A DNA stretch of 64,000 nt, from positions 372,001-436,000 of the forward strand of contig NC_087246.1 in the NCBI RefSeq assembly GCF_037042905.1. The letters are read 5' to 3'. The position numbers were made by a program, and so were the translations under genes. The notes under the pieces are model-generated. The model was not told the origin of the DNA. It did no database searches and saw only the letters and a program-made list of their open reading frames with translations. Position 1 is the first letter of the stretch. Each line of letters starts with the position of its first letter. Shown piece by piece: positions 1 to 13,338 of this stretch. This DNA comes from Lytechinus pictus (lineage: Eukaryota).

Positions 1-4
1 TTAC

Positions 5-465
5 CTGAATAACTCTCATATTTAGCCCTGTTTCCTGTGCGAGTTGTTCCCTGATATGACGAGTTGGTTTGGGTGTAGCTGCGAATGCTGCCTTGAGTGT
101 TTCTAACTGTTTAGCCTTAATGGTGGTTCTAGGTCCTCTTCTCTTAGCCCCACTTACTGGAATCCCTGTCGTGTTTTCATTCTCCCTGTTTTCCAATCCA
201 TTATCATGATTGTTGTTGTTGTTGCTGTTGTTATTGTTATTAATAATGTTAGATGCCTCCTTGACACGATCTATGTCATCCGGGGTCGAAGCAGTAATGA
301 CACCAAGAGATGGTGACGTCACATCACTTTCTGCTTCCAGTAGACTCATATCTTCAGTGCTTGGACTCTCTGGAGGTGAACTTGAATCGTGACTGGAGAG
401 GGCAGTATTGCAGGACCCAGGAGGTTTGTTGAAATGATCATTATCAGGGAGCTCTGGTCTTCTTA
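5..465 (-). CDS. Lim1: Lhx1/5 (Lim1) coding exon 3 (S/P/N-rich linker and most of the homeodomain); gene continues beyond the window
   Basis: Acceptor ttgtttcttttacag|TA. Open frame [12 protein letters not shown]...[13 protein letters not shown]...[49 protein letters not shown], the Lhx1/5 homeodomain signature. Donor CAG|gtaa at position 4, before the expected VWFQN. 461 nt. Confidence 0.97.
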
Positions 466-3400
466 CTGTAAAAGAAACAAAACAAAATGGTTTATGATTA
501 ATACACGATAATAAGTTGAAAATGAACATAAACGAATGATAAACTTTTTTTGACAAAAAATAAAATTTAGTATGTGCAACGCCAAGGGCTTAATATTGTG
601 ATATGCAAGTTGTTTTCTCCCCCCCCCCCCATCTCTCTCTCTCTCTCTCTCTCTTCCTCTATTTGATATGAGTCAATATACATAAACTCTGTCTAAAATA
701 CTGGTCACTAAATACAAAGGTATATCATACGCATTTACGTTTGATTTGTTTCATTTCGGCCTCTCGTGTCACCCACTACGAATCAGACGATGCGCAACCA
801 TGATGAAAATTGATGAGATTAAGGTTTTGATATTAAACAATGCAATTTAAATAAAACAACAATAGGGGTACGTCCTCGCTCAGCCATTACAAACATCACC
901 ACTGTACATGATCTTTACCCAGACGAGTAGCTACAATGGTCACGTGTTAAGTGTTATTGCACGCCAATTTATCAATTAAGGGAAGGGAAATGAAGGGGAA
1001 AGAGACAGAGTGATGAATTGATATCACTCTCTCAATTAATCATCAAATAAACTCATATAGCGCTAAAATGACTTTCTTATTACTTTCCAACTGCAATGAC
1101 CGAGTCCTTTTCTCCGTAAACTTGTTTCTAATGTACATTCTTTAAAGTTGCTTTCAGTGGAGTAAGCTATTTTGTCGTTTGTAGATTGTTCTTGAAATGT
1201 GATATCTTCTTTTGATTATCATACTTAATATTCCTATATCGATATATACATTTTGAAAGAAAACAAATCAAAATATAAGGTAGTGAGTGACTGGATATCT
1301 AAGTCTAGATGGGGAGGTCGATGTACTATCAGCCTATGGCTCTGTGAGAAGGGTCTGGGTAGGCAGAGGGGAAAACGCGAGAAAAAAAAGAGGACGCATA
1401 AATATTAAATGAAATATTCAGGAGCATAATCGCATAAAATGTCCCCGTTGCGGGTTAGGGTGGAAATTGTGAAAACCATAAGCATGATAAGACGCAAATA
1501 GAGCTAATGATGAGACGATAAAACAGTTACTATGTAGGCAATATAATCAGGCCTGTGCAGGGATGAGTGGTTTTAATTCTATAGTCCCACACATTGCAAC
1601 TGAAAATGCTGCGGTGAATAACTTAATTTCATTCGTAATGGGTTTTGTTGTTTGTTTTGTATATCAATAACTCCGATGAAAAAAAAGCTAAACAACTAGA
1701 TCGAAAATAAAAAAAATATATAAAGAGTTTATAAAACAAAATATATAACCATGCCCATTTGTTTCCTAATTTTACAAAGATCTGGCAACTTTCATGCAGT
1801 TAGGCCAATATTTCAGGGGGAATAGTTTCACTCTTTATATACATGCCATATGACATATATGAAGTGTGTTCGGTTTGAGTAGATGTCTGCAACAATCCCG
1901 CTGAGCCGAAGATGATCGGAAAACTGAACAGAATTAAGCTGAAGAAAACCGAAGGGAGCCGAAGAGAGCCCTATAACCGATAACAGGTCAAAGAAATCAC
2001 ATATAAGGAAGGCAAGCATACAGACGATAGAGAGTGATGAAAAGCTAGAGTAGTATGATCGTGTCTTTGCCGCAGTAACAAACTTGGTCAAGTTTCCGAA
2101 ACTAATATATCATCAAGTCGGCGGGCGCCCTGGGTAGCTTTGCTACTTCTGTTGGCGGCTAGCTTTTATACGGACTTAACTACATGCTATCAAATACAAC
2201 CGCATTATAAGCATAACTCCGTTGTTTTGTTTGTTGTTTCTTTCATCTCAAATCTCATTCTTTCTACTACACTTGTTCATAATACCATTTTAATGCATAT
2301 TTCCTATATCTGAACACTCATTTTTCTTAACAAATTTTACTCTTCCACCTATTTACTTCGTCAAGATTTGGCAGAACATTGAGTTACCTATATATCTTAA
2401 TATCCTATACATCCCCTCACACACACACACACTCTCCCCCCTCTCTCTCTTTCTCTCTATCTGTCTCGTTCCTCCACCCCCGTCCATTTCGTTTCCTATA
2501 TAAGAGTTGTCATGAAATGAAATTGCTCATTTTAACGCCTCTTCCCATCGGTTGTTTTCCATATTTTTGACATATTTTCGGATATGAAGGGAAGATAAGA
2601 TCACGGAGAGGTCAACGAGAAGAGAGAAATTATTTCCATTACAAGTGATGAAAACTTTTGACTATTAAATGTAAATATGCCCTTTCAAAACACCGCGCTC
2701 ACCGTACGTTAATGGCATCTTAAATTCTTTTTCAATGAAGAAAGGGGAGTGTAAAGGAAGGAGAAAATAAAATAGTACAGAAGGGAGAGGTAGAGAGAGA
2801 GAGAGAGAGAGAGAGTGAAACAGAGAAGGAGAGAGGGGGGTAGAAGATTTTTTTTTAATAAGACGAGCATATAAGTGGATGTATAAGGAGGGTGACATAA
2901 AAAAGGGCACACGATACAGATTATCCTCTTAATCTTTTAACGTTTGGCTGAAATCTGCAGGATTCAAACGTTCCCTCAAAGTTTCTTATAGTTCCTTGAG
3001 AGATTATAAATCATTTCTAAAAGCTCTTACACGCTTATGACTTTACTCTAGAAAAACCCTCGTCAAATCTGTTGAAAGATATTTTATCTTAAGATTTCTT
3101 TCAAAATGAAGAACTACACAAGTATTTTATACTTTGAAAAAACCTACTATATGCCTCTCATTTGTAATAACAGTATAGGAGTTACTCGTTTGTATACTTT
3201 AAGTGTAATAGGAATGAATATACCTGGTTACTATATCCTATAAATCACCTATAATCATTATACGGTCATCTAGTGGTACTAAGAGATAAACTCAAACATA
3301 GAGCTAAATAAGCAATACATGTATTACCACTTAAGAATCACTGATAATTCAGTGTAAGAAAGGAGATTTCATGTCTTTCCTACAACCAATGACTTAATGA

Positions 3401-4854
3401 AAGCTAATTTTCAGCAAAGATTAAGAAAATGAATGTTGGATGAATGTTGTAAATGTTTCACATATTTGTGAATCTCGTCACAACATAGAAGAGCATTGCA
3501 ATATGTGGGTAGATAGTCTTCTATGACGGAAGAGTACTCCAGAGATTAGAACAGGCCTTCTCTCTCTGCATTATTCAGCGATGAAAATGAGTCAATTATT
3601 AATTCGTATAGGGACCCAGGTGGCGAAGACTATGGGGTGATAAGCCTCTAGCAGTCAGCTATACACCAATACAACCCTATCAAACTAGATACTCTCAAAT
3701 ATGGATCATAATAATATCACTTCTCTATGGTTCTTATATCAACCCATTTCAAAGCATCAACTTCAGTTCACGTATCACATTATTATTTCTTATTCTTTTC
3801 TTAGTAAGATTAGTCATCAATTATAATTTTCAATATAATTTCGAGTAGTGCTACTCGCAATCTTACTAGCAAGGTTTATACTGCTGCTCTGGTTCTAATA
3901 CTATCTTGAAGAAAAACTGTTGGATTGATACGACTAAAAATTCAAATTATTACCAATACCGCAACTACTCCTATATATACTGTAATATCAATTTTACTTT
4001 TGGTTGCTAGTAATCATTAAAAAATAGCCAATTTCAAATTTAGAAGCGATGCACATGTCATCATGTTTTATACACCTTTTCGGCGAGAACTCGAAATGTC
4101 ACATTTTCTAATGTTCAGTAGAATAATGACCAAAATTATAAGCGACTAGTTACCTGATTAGAGCAGTAAAGACTAGTCACACACTACAGTGGGTAGTATT
4201 AATAATTCATCTAACAAATAAAGACATCATGGCAATGAAACGTTAAAATGCTAGTGACAGAGAACTAGAAATAACCGCCAAGTTTTAGTTCAGACAGAAT
4301 GTGGAAAGACTCACTTTGGGATTAAAACTCAAGAGATTTGACATACATCATTTAGGTTCCACGATGCAGTGAGAATTGAAGATGTACATTAAGCATAAAC
4401 AATCAGATTCAAGCATTAAACTGTGTCTGTGACACACACCATACCCCCAGGATATTCTCTCATTTATACTATAATCTCCTTTATTTTAGCTCGATTGATG
4501 TCATGCGTTAAGGAATGATAATGCAATATGACGTTAAATACTCATGCGATTTATAAAATATAGGACGGTGAGCTTCAAGACATCAATGTGCCCAATCCAA
4601 AATAAAACATAAATAGCTTGAGGACAAGCATGAAAGCTGTTGGAATCTATACACATAATATATAGATTGACTACACTTAGAACTGTATGAAGGGAACTAA
4701 CGTCTACTTAGCTCAAGTAAAATGACGCCACATCTCAACCTATACCAACAATATTCAAAGCATAGATAATGCAATAAGATCCTGGACGTGGGGCTGAGTA
4801 TTTCCGATTGATTACATTGATTATTGTGTGTAATAAAAATCAATCTCACAATCT

Positions 4855-4918
4855 ATTGGTAATATGTGTATCCTCAGGCAAAAAGCGCTTTATAAATCCA
4901 GCTATTATTATTATTATT
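4855..4918 (+). mobile_element. 3' tail fragment of an L2-type SINE/LINE
   Basis: ...aaaagcgctttataaatccagc followed by (TAT)n, typical of L2-partnered retroposon 3' ends. Confidence 0.45.
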
Positions 4919-5252
4919 TATGTCTCGGGACTCTAACTAAATGTGTAGAGGAAGAAATCGAACTTTAAGAAATCCATTACAAAACTGATAAATTATGCAT
5001 TCAAGTACACAAACACGGAAACATCCCAGACATGACTTGTGGATTAATTATTGAATATAAAGGATCAGGCATATATGCACTTTAAGGATCATATATGCAC
5101 TCAAGCACCGGAGATCAGACTTAAGTATAGATCAGAGAGGCACTACAACAAATACATGGCATGCCATGAAAGGCCTTAATCTTGAAGATAATATCATTTT
5201 GACTTCTACATGTATGTCTACAGTACCAAGTTGTATGATGAGTGTTATTTAA

Positions 5253-5847
5253 AGGTCAAGTCCACCCCAGAAAACTGTTGATTTGAATAAATAGAGAAAA
5301 ATCAAAAGAGCATAACGCTGAAAATTTCATCAAAATCGGATGTGAAATAAGAAAGTTATGACAATTTAAAGTTTCGCTTATTTTTCACAAAACAGTGATA
5401 TGCACAATTCAGTGATATGCAAATGAGGCAGTCGATGATGTCCTTCACTCACTATTTCTTTTGTTTTTTATTGTTTGAATTTTACAATATGTCATTTTTT
5501 ACAGATTTGACAATAAGGACCAACTTGACTGAACCATATATTATTAAACAATGCTAATTCCACATCTTCAGGGAGAATTTAATCGTATTTCACTTGACAC
5601 CGAGGAGCAAATTAGAATATTTCATATAATAAAATACAAAAGAAATAGTGAGTGGATGACGTCATCAGTCTCCTCATTTGCATACTGACCAGGATGTGCA
5701 TATAACTGTTTTGTGAAATTAAGCAAAATTTTAAAATGTCACAACTTTCTGATTTTACATCCGATTTTGATGAAATTTTCTTTGTTATGCTTGTTTGATT
5801 TTTCTCTTTTAATTCAAATAAACTTTTTGTTGGGGTGGACTTGTCCT
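5253..5847 (+). mobile_element. MITE, TTAA-AGG (Kolobok/T2-type) non-autonomous DNA transposon
   Basis: TTAA on both sides (5249-5252, 5848-5851). TIRs aggtcaagtccacccca / tggggtggacttgtcct with long internal inverted arms. A second copy lies at 27679-28213. Confidence 0.85.
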
Positions 5848-7980
5848 TTAAAAAAAGTAGTGGCTCTATAGGCATGAAAAGCACGCGGTATCTTTTTTAC
5901 AAGACTTATCTGAAAGCACCAGACGTAAACGACAAACGGTATGAATTAATCCAGTGGCAATAGATACCTTTAATTCCTTTGGGAACCTCTGATGACATCC
6001 AATTCAAGGAGAATAATAAGTTTGAAACCAATCGTCAGGTGACAACAGGTTACTCTTGATGAATGTCACAATCACAGCGCCCCCTACCGAGGAGGATAGG
6101 TTCGTACAATGTGACATGTCACTCAAAGTGGTCCTTCCACAAAAACCTATATAGGCCTAGATATAAAAGCACAAAGGTTTAGCAGTGATCCGGTTCTCAA
6201 AGCTGAAGAACCCAGATGAAGGGTTCTAAATCACTTCTGGAATGTACACTTCTATATTAAATTATTCATTAATTTCTCGTACCTTTTCCTTCTGATAGAA
6301 CATGTGGTCTATTGACACAATTATAGTAGTTTTAAAAGATTTACAGATTTTTAAAGATCAAAAGATTTTTTTGAACCTTAAAAGATTCCGTCAGACTGAT
6401 GGTGATGTCATTATAGCGTTCGTCATTTCAAAAAATGATTCATTATATCAAAATAATAATACAAAAAGGATAAATATCTCTTTTTTTTCATAAAAAAGAT
6501 GAATACCTCATTTTTTAAAGACCAAATTGTTACAAAACTACTAATATTTTAATGAAGATTAAAGCATACATGAACACAATGACAAAAAGATAGAAAGACG
6601 GGTCTTTCATGCATGCCTGTCAAAGGACACATATATTTCTAGTTTCCCTCTCGAGATAAAAGGGGGACAGATGCGGTGGAAATGTGACAAACCGCATGTC
6701 AGCTGCTCTAAATCAAGTAACCGGACAATCGTGTCAGAAAAGAAACGATGATGATGATGATGACGATGACTCTGAATGATCAGCATAATCATTGTTATGA
6801 TTGTATAATGATGATATAGATCTTTTATAAGCGTGGGTCACTACTATTCTAGTTAATTTTTACTACGTTATATTTTATGAGTGTGTATATCGCATGACGG
6901 AAAAATAAGAAAACAATTATGAGATAAGTATTAATTGCCTCCATTGAAATACTGAGAAAATGATTTGACTAATTGGTTGTAAGAACATCATTATGATTAC
7001 CACATTTTTGTAAAAATGCAAACTCATTGAATGATTAATAATTGTACCCATTACTAAACCTTAATAAAATTTGTAATTTTATGTTGATTAATCAAGAATA
7101 CAACAACGTGTGATGCAAAAAATAACAAATCTGCATGATGAAGATAAGTGGAACAAAATAATTTATACTCATGATATAAAATACAATAATATACCATCAT
7201 ATTTCAAGAATATACATTATATCCTCAAAAGACTTGACTTGAGCTCCGATACTTTCGCAAGAGTTCTTAAGATATAGCTCATGTAGATACAAGGATGATA
7301 ATGGTTTTGCATGGTGCAGACATTTCTGTTCGATATATTAGTGAACCAAGTTATGGACATAATTGTAAATAGCACGTCTACATGTCAATATCAGTTGGAA
7401 GCTAAAATCATGGGGCTGCATGGAAGGAGTACATCATTTTGGAAAGTTAACTCTATATATTTGGCACAGCTTCTTCTTCTCCATCTTGTAAAATCTTATA
7501 TGATATAATAGCTGTGTTCATGTATGCTATAGAAAGAAAATATAAAGAAATGTGTGTGTCTGATGCGGCTGTTTGATGAGTCGACCTTGTCTGTTCATGT
7601 TGGCCCCGGTGTGCCCGGCGGGTGTGAGAGCAAGGTAGATACCCATGACCTTGGTTTGTCACATACATCAAGCATCGGGTGGGTCAACCAGCAGAACATG
7701 ACTGACATATTGCACATGAGAGATTGATTAAGAAGTTACCTTCCTAAAGCGATGATACGAAGAGGATGAATAATAAAAGGAGCACTATGCATACCGAGTG
7801 GGTGCAGGAGAATGAATTGACATCATCATCCCAACATTTATTATCTGACGTTCAATTCCTCAACCAACTGACATTTGATATTCTTAAACCAACCACATTA
7901 CATGGCAATATATCAACTTGGTTATTAAAAAGGTTGAACGTCAACTCATTTTCAATCTTCAAATCTTAAGCTGTATAGAC

Positions 7981-8197
7981 CAGTAGCGGATCCAGGGGGC
8001 ACATCCGGCCAGTGCCCCCCCCCCCCCCTTTGAGAACCCTAATTAAAAATCTTAATGTAAATATGCCGTTTTTACCCGAGTATCCCCCCCCCCCCCGATA
8101 GTGAGGACCTTTTTATTTTATATTTTATTTTTTTGCTTGTCAAATTTTCATCGGGAAAATGTGCCTCCCCTTTTGGAAATTCTTGGACCCGTCTCTG
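7981..8197. mobile_element. Short MITE-like element with CAG...GCGGATCCAG termini
   Basis: Imperfect TIRs cagtagcggatccagg / cttggacccgtctctg with poly-C tracts. Similar ends to 55095-55546. No clear TSD. Confidence 0.55.
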
Positions 8198-10679
8198 CTT
8201 ATGACTACATTCACATACACTCATAACATTTAACCAGAACAATGAGAACAATATTTGAATACTTTTTTACTCGTGTTCGGCATTTCAGTTTCTGCATGTG
8301 GGTCGCTAAACATGCAAATCTCTAGTGCTATGTCACTCTAATGTAACTTCAGGATAAATCTCTCTCCATTAAGTGAGGATTATTAATGCAAGGAATTATA
8401 ACATTTTCCTGAAAAAAATAACAACAGAGAATGTAAGGTAGTCCATGGTATGCAAAAGGGATTATACAGACGAAGTGTTTATGAGCACCGAGCTTTAAGA
8501 GCCTTATAAGACCCCATCATCCACATCTTATTATCATATCTTTTACAAGTCTGTTTCTTCCAGCATAAAATATCAAAGAGAATCTTGGGAGCCGAACTAT
8601 CTTTCCCACGACAGAGAGGTGTATAATCTAAGGTCTTATATAACAGATTTGTATGTACCTCGTAAGTGCTCCTCAAAATTCAAACTTTGACGTAACGTTA
8701 AAGTTGAGCTTCCTTCATCTCACTGGGAGGCGGTTTTACTAAAATCTTCAGCAAAGTCGACAAGTTTTCTGAATCTTAGATTGATATAATTTCATCTGAT
8801 GTAAGTCTAAAAATTATTATTATCATCATCATCATTATTATTATTATTCTGAAAATGACCACGCAAACGAAAAAGAGTCAATCGAAGAATACATTTTAAA
8901 GCGAAGGCCTATTCCAGCGTGTTGAACTTGCCCGCCAAACTCTTAGATTGGAATCGAGTTTTCAGGGCCGTTCCGATTCATGCTCTTACGTTATGTCGCG
9001 ATCGCAGTGCACTCGGCACGTTTTACATATGCGATGTTACACCTCTTTTCAGGATTATTATACGACACGCCAAATAAAATGACCAAATACGTTACCTGTC
9101 ATTTCTACTGCGATTTGGTAGGTTTGCCGTACTAATTCGTACCGTTTTGTATGTTTGAATGATCTTTCGTATAATGGGGAATCCCAGCAGATGTGCATTA
9201 TTACTATTTCTAGAAGGTCGGCACCTGGGACGCTAATGATATACACGAGAATCGCAACAGAATTGTATTACGTGTCTTTCACCTAACCATGGTAACTGAT
9301 CTGCCAACTAGAAAGAACCATGAAACGTTCTCGTTCTCGTAATAAAAACGCAGTAAGTACTTAACCTGGACATGAAAGTGAAATAACCATCATCGTGCCC
9401 TTTTACGCTTTAAAACATATAAAATATGATGTTGACTTGAACTATGTTATTGTCGTCTTCTGTTCTTTGGTCATGGAATGTAAGACCTATCATCATCCTA
9501 CTACCTCCAATCATCACAAAGTCACCGCCTAAAATCGCATCACTTTTAAAGCTTTCATCGATTGGATACATTTCTTTCGCCGACATGACACCTACATCAT
9601 TACGTAAGAAATTGATTTTTAGATGTGGTTAATCGGTCAAATGGCTAGCAGTCTATTCTAAATAGTAAATAGTATAAAATGTTATTTACGATAAAAAAAA
9701 ACGTATATCTAAAATATTTTATGTATATTATACGGTTCTAAACATTACAGACCGGGATTGGAGTTTCCAATATGGTCTTGTGACAGGCTACAGAATGCAG
9801 TGTATTAAAATAGTGGTGATTGTATAGGATTCACTGGCCGTGATCACCGATCAAAATAATGACATAAATGTTGCCGCGAGACTCATGACCAACAATCCCC
9901 TGATTGATATAGGACATAACACATACTTTTAAATCTTTTCTCTTAATTTTGAGTACTTTTTTTGTCTATTTCATCGTATATGGTGAACATTTGTTCTTCG
10001 GCGAGGAGGTCGCCCTGAATACAACGACCTCATGTGTGTTGACCCCATATCGGATCAATTATTGTCTGAAGCACGTTCGACTAATTGAAAGTGGGCTAGT
10101 CTCAATCGGCAGTAAATGAATTAATGATCGAAACCGTGTCTAACATACAGCTATCCCTTCGCTAATTCATGGCGGGTTTAAATCTTTGATCTATTTTCTG
10201 TTCAAGCTTTTCAGTCGTGTTGCAACTTAGGAAAATGTGTATTCTCCGTGCAAAAGGTATTAACTTCCAGTGGTTCCCAAACGTAATGATGTCATATTAT
10301 GCTAATATCTACAGGGAAAATGTTTGTATAAATTCATAATCTATCACTTTCCGTCTGAACATGAAAATAAATGGAAGTTAAAATGAAAATTCACATTTTA
10401 TTGTTACAAATTAAATCTCAAAATAAAAATACTAATATTGTTTTCCCCAAAATAATGGTGGGCCCGGCAGCCACTGTGCAGCGCCCGATCGACGGAGCTC
10501 TATCTAGATAAATGACACCACGGCAGCCACTGTGCAAAGCCCGATCGACGGAGCTCTATCTAGAAAAATGAAACCAAGGCAGCCACTGTGCAACGCACGA
10601 TCGACGGAGCTCTATCTAGAAAAATGAAACCAAGGCAGCCACTGTGCAACGCCCGATCGACGGAGCTCTATCTAGATAA

Positions 10680-11876
10680 AGCCCCTTTCACAATTGACGT
10701 ACGACCATTTGCGACCTTTTGGTCGTGCGACAGGCTGCAACAGGCACCAATCGCTAGTCATCTTATAAGATCGCACAGAGGCTTTCACAGTTGCAACAGC
10801 TGTCGTACAACAAAAACAACCAGTAAACCCCGATGCACGAGTATGTCGCATATGCTCGTATTGTGCTCGTGCGATCACATGCGAGTGTTGCACGAGGGAT
10901 TGCGAGTGGAACGGTCGCATACATGCGAATGAAACGGTAGTGCAATGTTGTAAGCCGTTGCGATCGGTCTTGCAACAGTCTTATGGCCCATTTTATTATC
11001 GCAACCAGTCGCAAGACAGGTCTCTGTACATGTAGGTCGCTAGCACATGTGCAAGTGTTGTACGACCTCCAGTCGAGTAAATGCGACTACTTTGTTGTGC
11101 CACCTCTCGCACCAAGTCGTGCAACGTTGAACAACACTCCCACGATGATCGCCCGACCGATGGTACGACCCCGGATACGAGCTGATGCGAGTGAATCGAT
11201 CGTATTTGATCGCGTTCGTATTTTGAACATGTTCAAAGTTCAGATGTGACCAGTCACGACCACCTCGAGTTCGTGCGACCGTCTACAACGACCGCGAGTG
11301 CTCGCAAGTCACCAAGAGATCGATCGTGCAACAACAGGAAAAAACTGTTGCAGGCGGTCGTAAACTGGTCGGATGTCAATTGTGAAAGGGGCTGTACGGT
11401 CGCATACATGCGAATGCAACGGTAGTGGAATGTTGTAAGCCGTAATTTCGATCGGTCTTGCAACAGTCTTATACTATCGCAACCAGTCGCAAGACTGGTC
11501 TCTGTAGGTATCTAGCGCATGTGCAAGTGTTGTACGACCTCCAGTCGACTAAATACGACTATACGTAGTTGTGTCACATTTCGCACCAAGTCGTACAACG
11601 TTGAACAACACTCACACGATGATCGCCCGACCGATGGTACGACCTGATACGACCCCGGATACGAGCTGATGCGAGTAAATCAATCGTATTTGATCGCGTT
11701 TGGATTTTGAACATGTTCAAATTCAGATGCGACCAGTCACGACCACCTCAAATTCGTGCGTTCGTCTACAACCACTGCGAGTGCTCGCAAGACACCAAGA
11801 GATCGATCGTGCAACAACAAGAAAAAACTGTTGCAGGCGGTCGTAAACAGGTCGTACGTCAATTGTGAAAGGGGCT
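10680..11876. mobile_element. Non-autonomous PIF/Harbinger-like DNA transposon with duplicated right arm
   Basis: TIRs agcccctttcacaattgacgtacgacc / ggtcgtacgtcaattgtgaaaggggct. TAA duplication at 10677-10679 and 11877-11879; removing the element restores the satellite unit. 10911-11393 is repeated as 11396-11876. No transposase ORF. Confidence 0.88.
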
Positions 11877-12380
11877 TAAATGACACCACGGCAGCCACAG
11901 CGCAACGCCCGATCGACGGAGGTCTATCTAGATAAATGAAACCAAGGCAGCAACTGTGCAAAGCCCGATCGACGGAGCTCTATCTAGATAAATGAAACCA
12001 AGGCAGCAACTGTGCAAAGCCCGATCGACGGAGCTCTATCTAGAAAAATGAAACCAAGGCAGCCACTGTGCAACGCACGATCGACGGAGCTCTATCTAGA
12101 AAAATGAAACCAAGGCAGCCACTGTGCAACGCCCGATCGACGGAGCTCTATCTAGATAAATGACACCACGGCAGCCACAGCGCAACGCCCGATCGACGGA
12201 GCTCTATCTAGATAAATGACACCACGGCAGCCACTGTGCAACGCCCGATCGACGGAGCTCTATCTAGATAAATGAAACTAAGGCAGCCACTGTGCAACGC
12301 CCGATCGACGGAGCTCTATCTAGATAAATGACACCACGGCAGCCACTGTGCAGCGCCCGATCGACGGAGCTCTATCTAGA

Positions 12381-13338
12381 ACAAGTGGAATGCCTCTGGC
12401 CGTCTCACCTGCATCACGCGATTCAATATAGCAGCAGTGCTGATTTTGAAAACTACTATAACTCGCACAAGATGTTCAGTGATACTTGGTTACTCTTATT
12501 TCCACGTTTTATGAACTAGACCAATACACTTATAGAGATATGATGGCAATTCAACAAATACCCCCAACGTGGCCAAAGTTCTTTGACCTTACATGACCTT
12601 TGACCTTGATCATGTGACCTGAAACTCGCACAGGATGTTCAGTGATACTTGATTACTATTATGTCCAAGTTTTATGAACTAGACCAACACACTTTCAAAT
12701 TTATGGCTGTAATTCAACAAATACCCCAATTTGGCCAAAGTTCATTGACCCTAAATGACCTTTGACCTTGGTCATGTGACGTGAAACTCATGCAGGATGT
12801 TCAGTGATACTTGATTAACCTTATGTCCAAGTTTCATGAACTAGGTCCATATATTTTCTAAGTTATGATGGTAATTCAACAGATACCCCCAATTCGGCCA
12901 AAGTTCATTGACCCTAAATGACCTTTGACCTTGGTCATGTGACGTGAAACTCATGCAGGATGTTCAGTGATACTTGATTAACCTTATGTATAAGTTTCAT
13001 GAACTAGGTCCATATATTTTCTAAGTTATGATGACATTTCAAAAACTTAACCTTAGGTTAAGATTTTGATGTTGATTCCCCCAACATGGTCTAAGTTCAT
13101 TGACCCTAAATGACCTTTGACCTTGGTCATGTGACATGAAACTCAGGCAGGATGTTCAGTAATACTTGATTAACCTTATGGCCAAGTTTCATGAACTAGG
13201 TCCATATACTTTCTAAGTTATGCTGTCATTTCAAAAACTTAACCTCAGGTTAAGATTTGGTGTTGACGCCGCCGCCGCCGTCGCCGTCGCCGTCGGAAAA
13301 GCGGCGCCTATAGTCTCACTCTGCTATGCAGGTGAGAC
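12381..13338. mobile_element. Helentron-associated (HINE/pearl-like) non-autonomous element with internal tandem repeats
   Basis: Subterminal inverted repeats gtctcacctgcat (12402-12414) / atgcaggtgagac (13326-13338). Terminal hairpin 13313-13338, (GCC/GTC)n microsatellite at ~13267-13294, ~163-bp repeats starting 12461, 12624, 12786, 12949, 13141. Inserted in an A-run without a TSD. Family assignment rests on architecture only. Confidence 0.75.

Noticed and set aside
210..392. Plus-strand signal-peptide-like ORF (poly-Leu)
   Set aside because: Antisense shadow of the Asn repeat in Lim1 exon 3.
1828..2170. Purine-rich segment with an 87-aa ORF (possible extra exon or LTR)
   Set aside because: Exons 2 and 3 already join in frame, and I see no homology, paired LTR or TSD.
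6200..6230. CTGAAGA followed by a hairpin (possible hammerhead)
   Set aside because: No GAAA box after the stem.
10588..11961. Several overlapping ORFs as a possible transposase
   Set aside because: Short, in multiple frames, with no DDE or Myb motifs. They reflect GC-rich repetitive MITE sequence.
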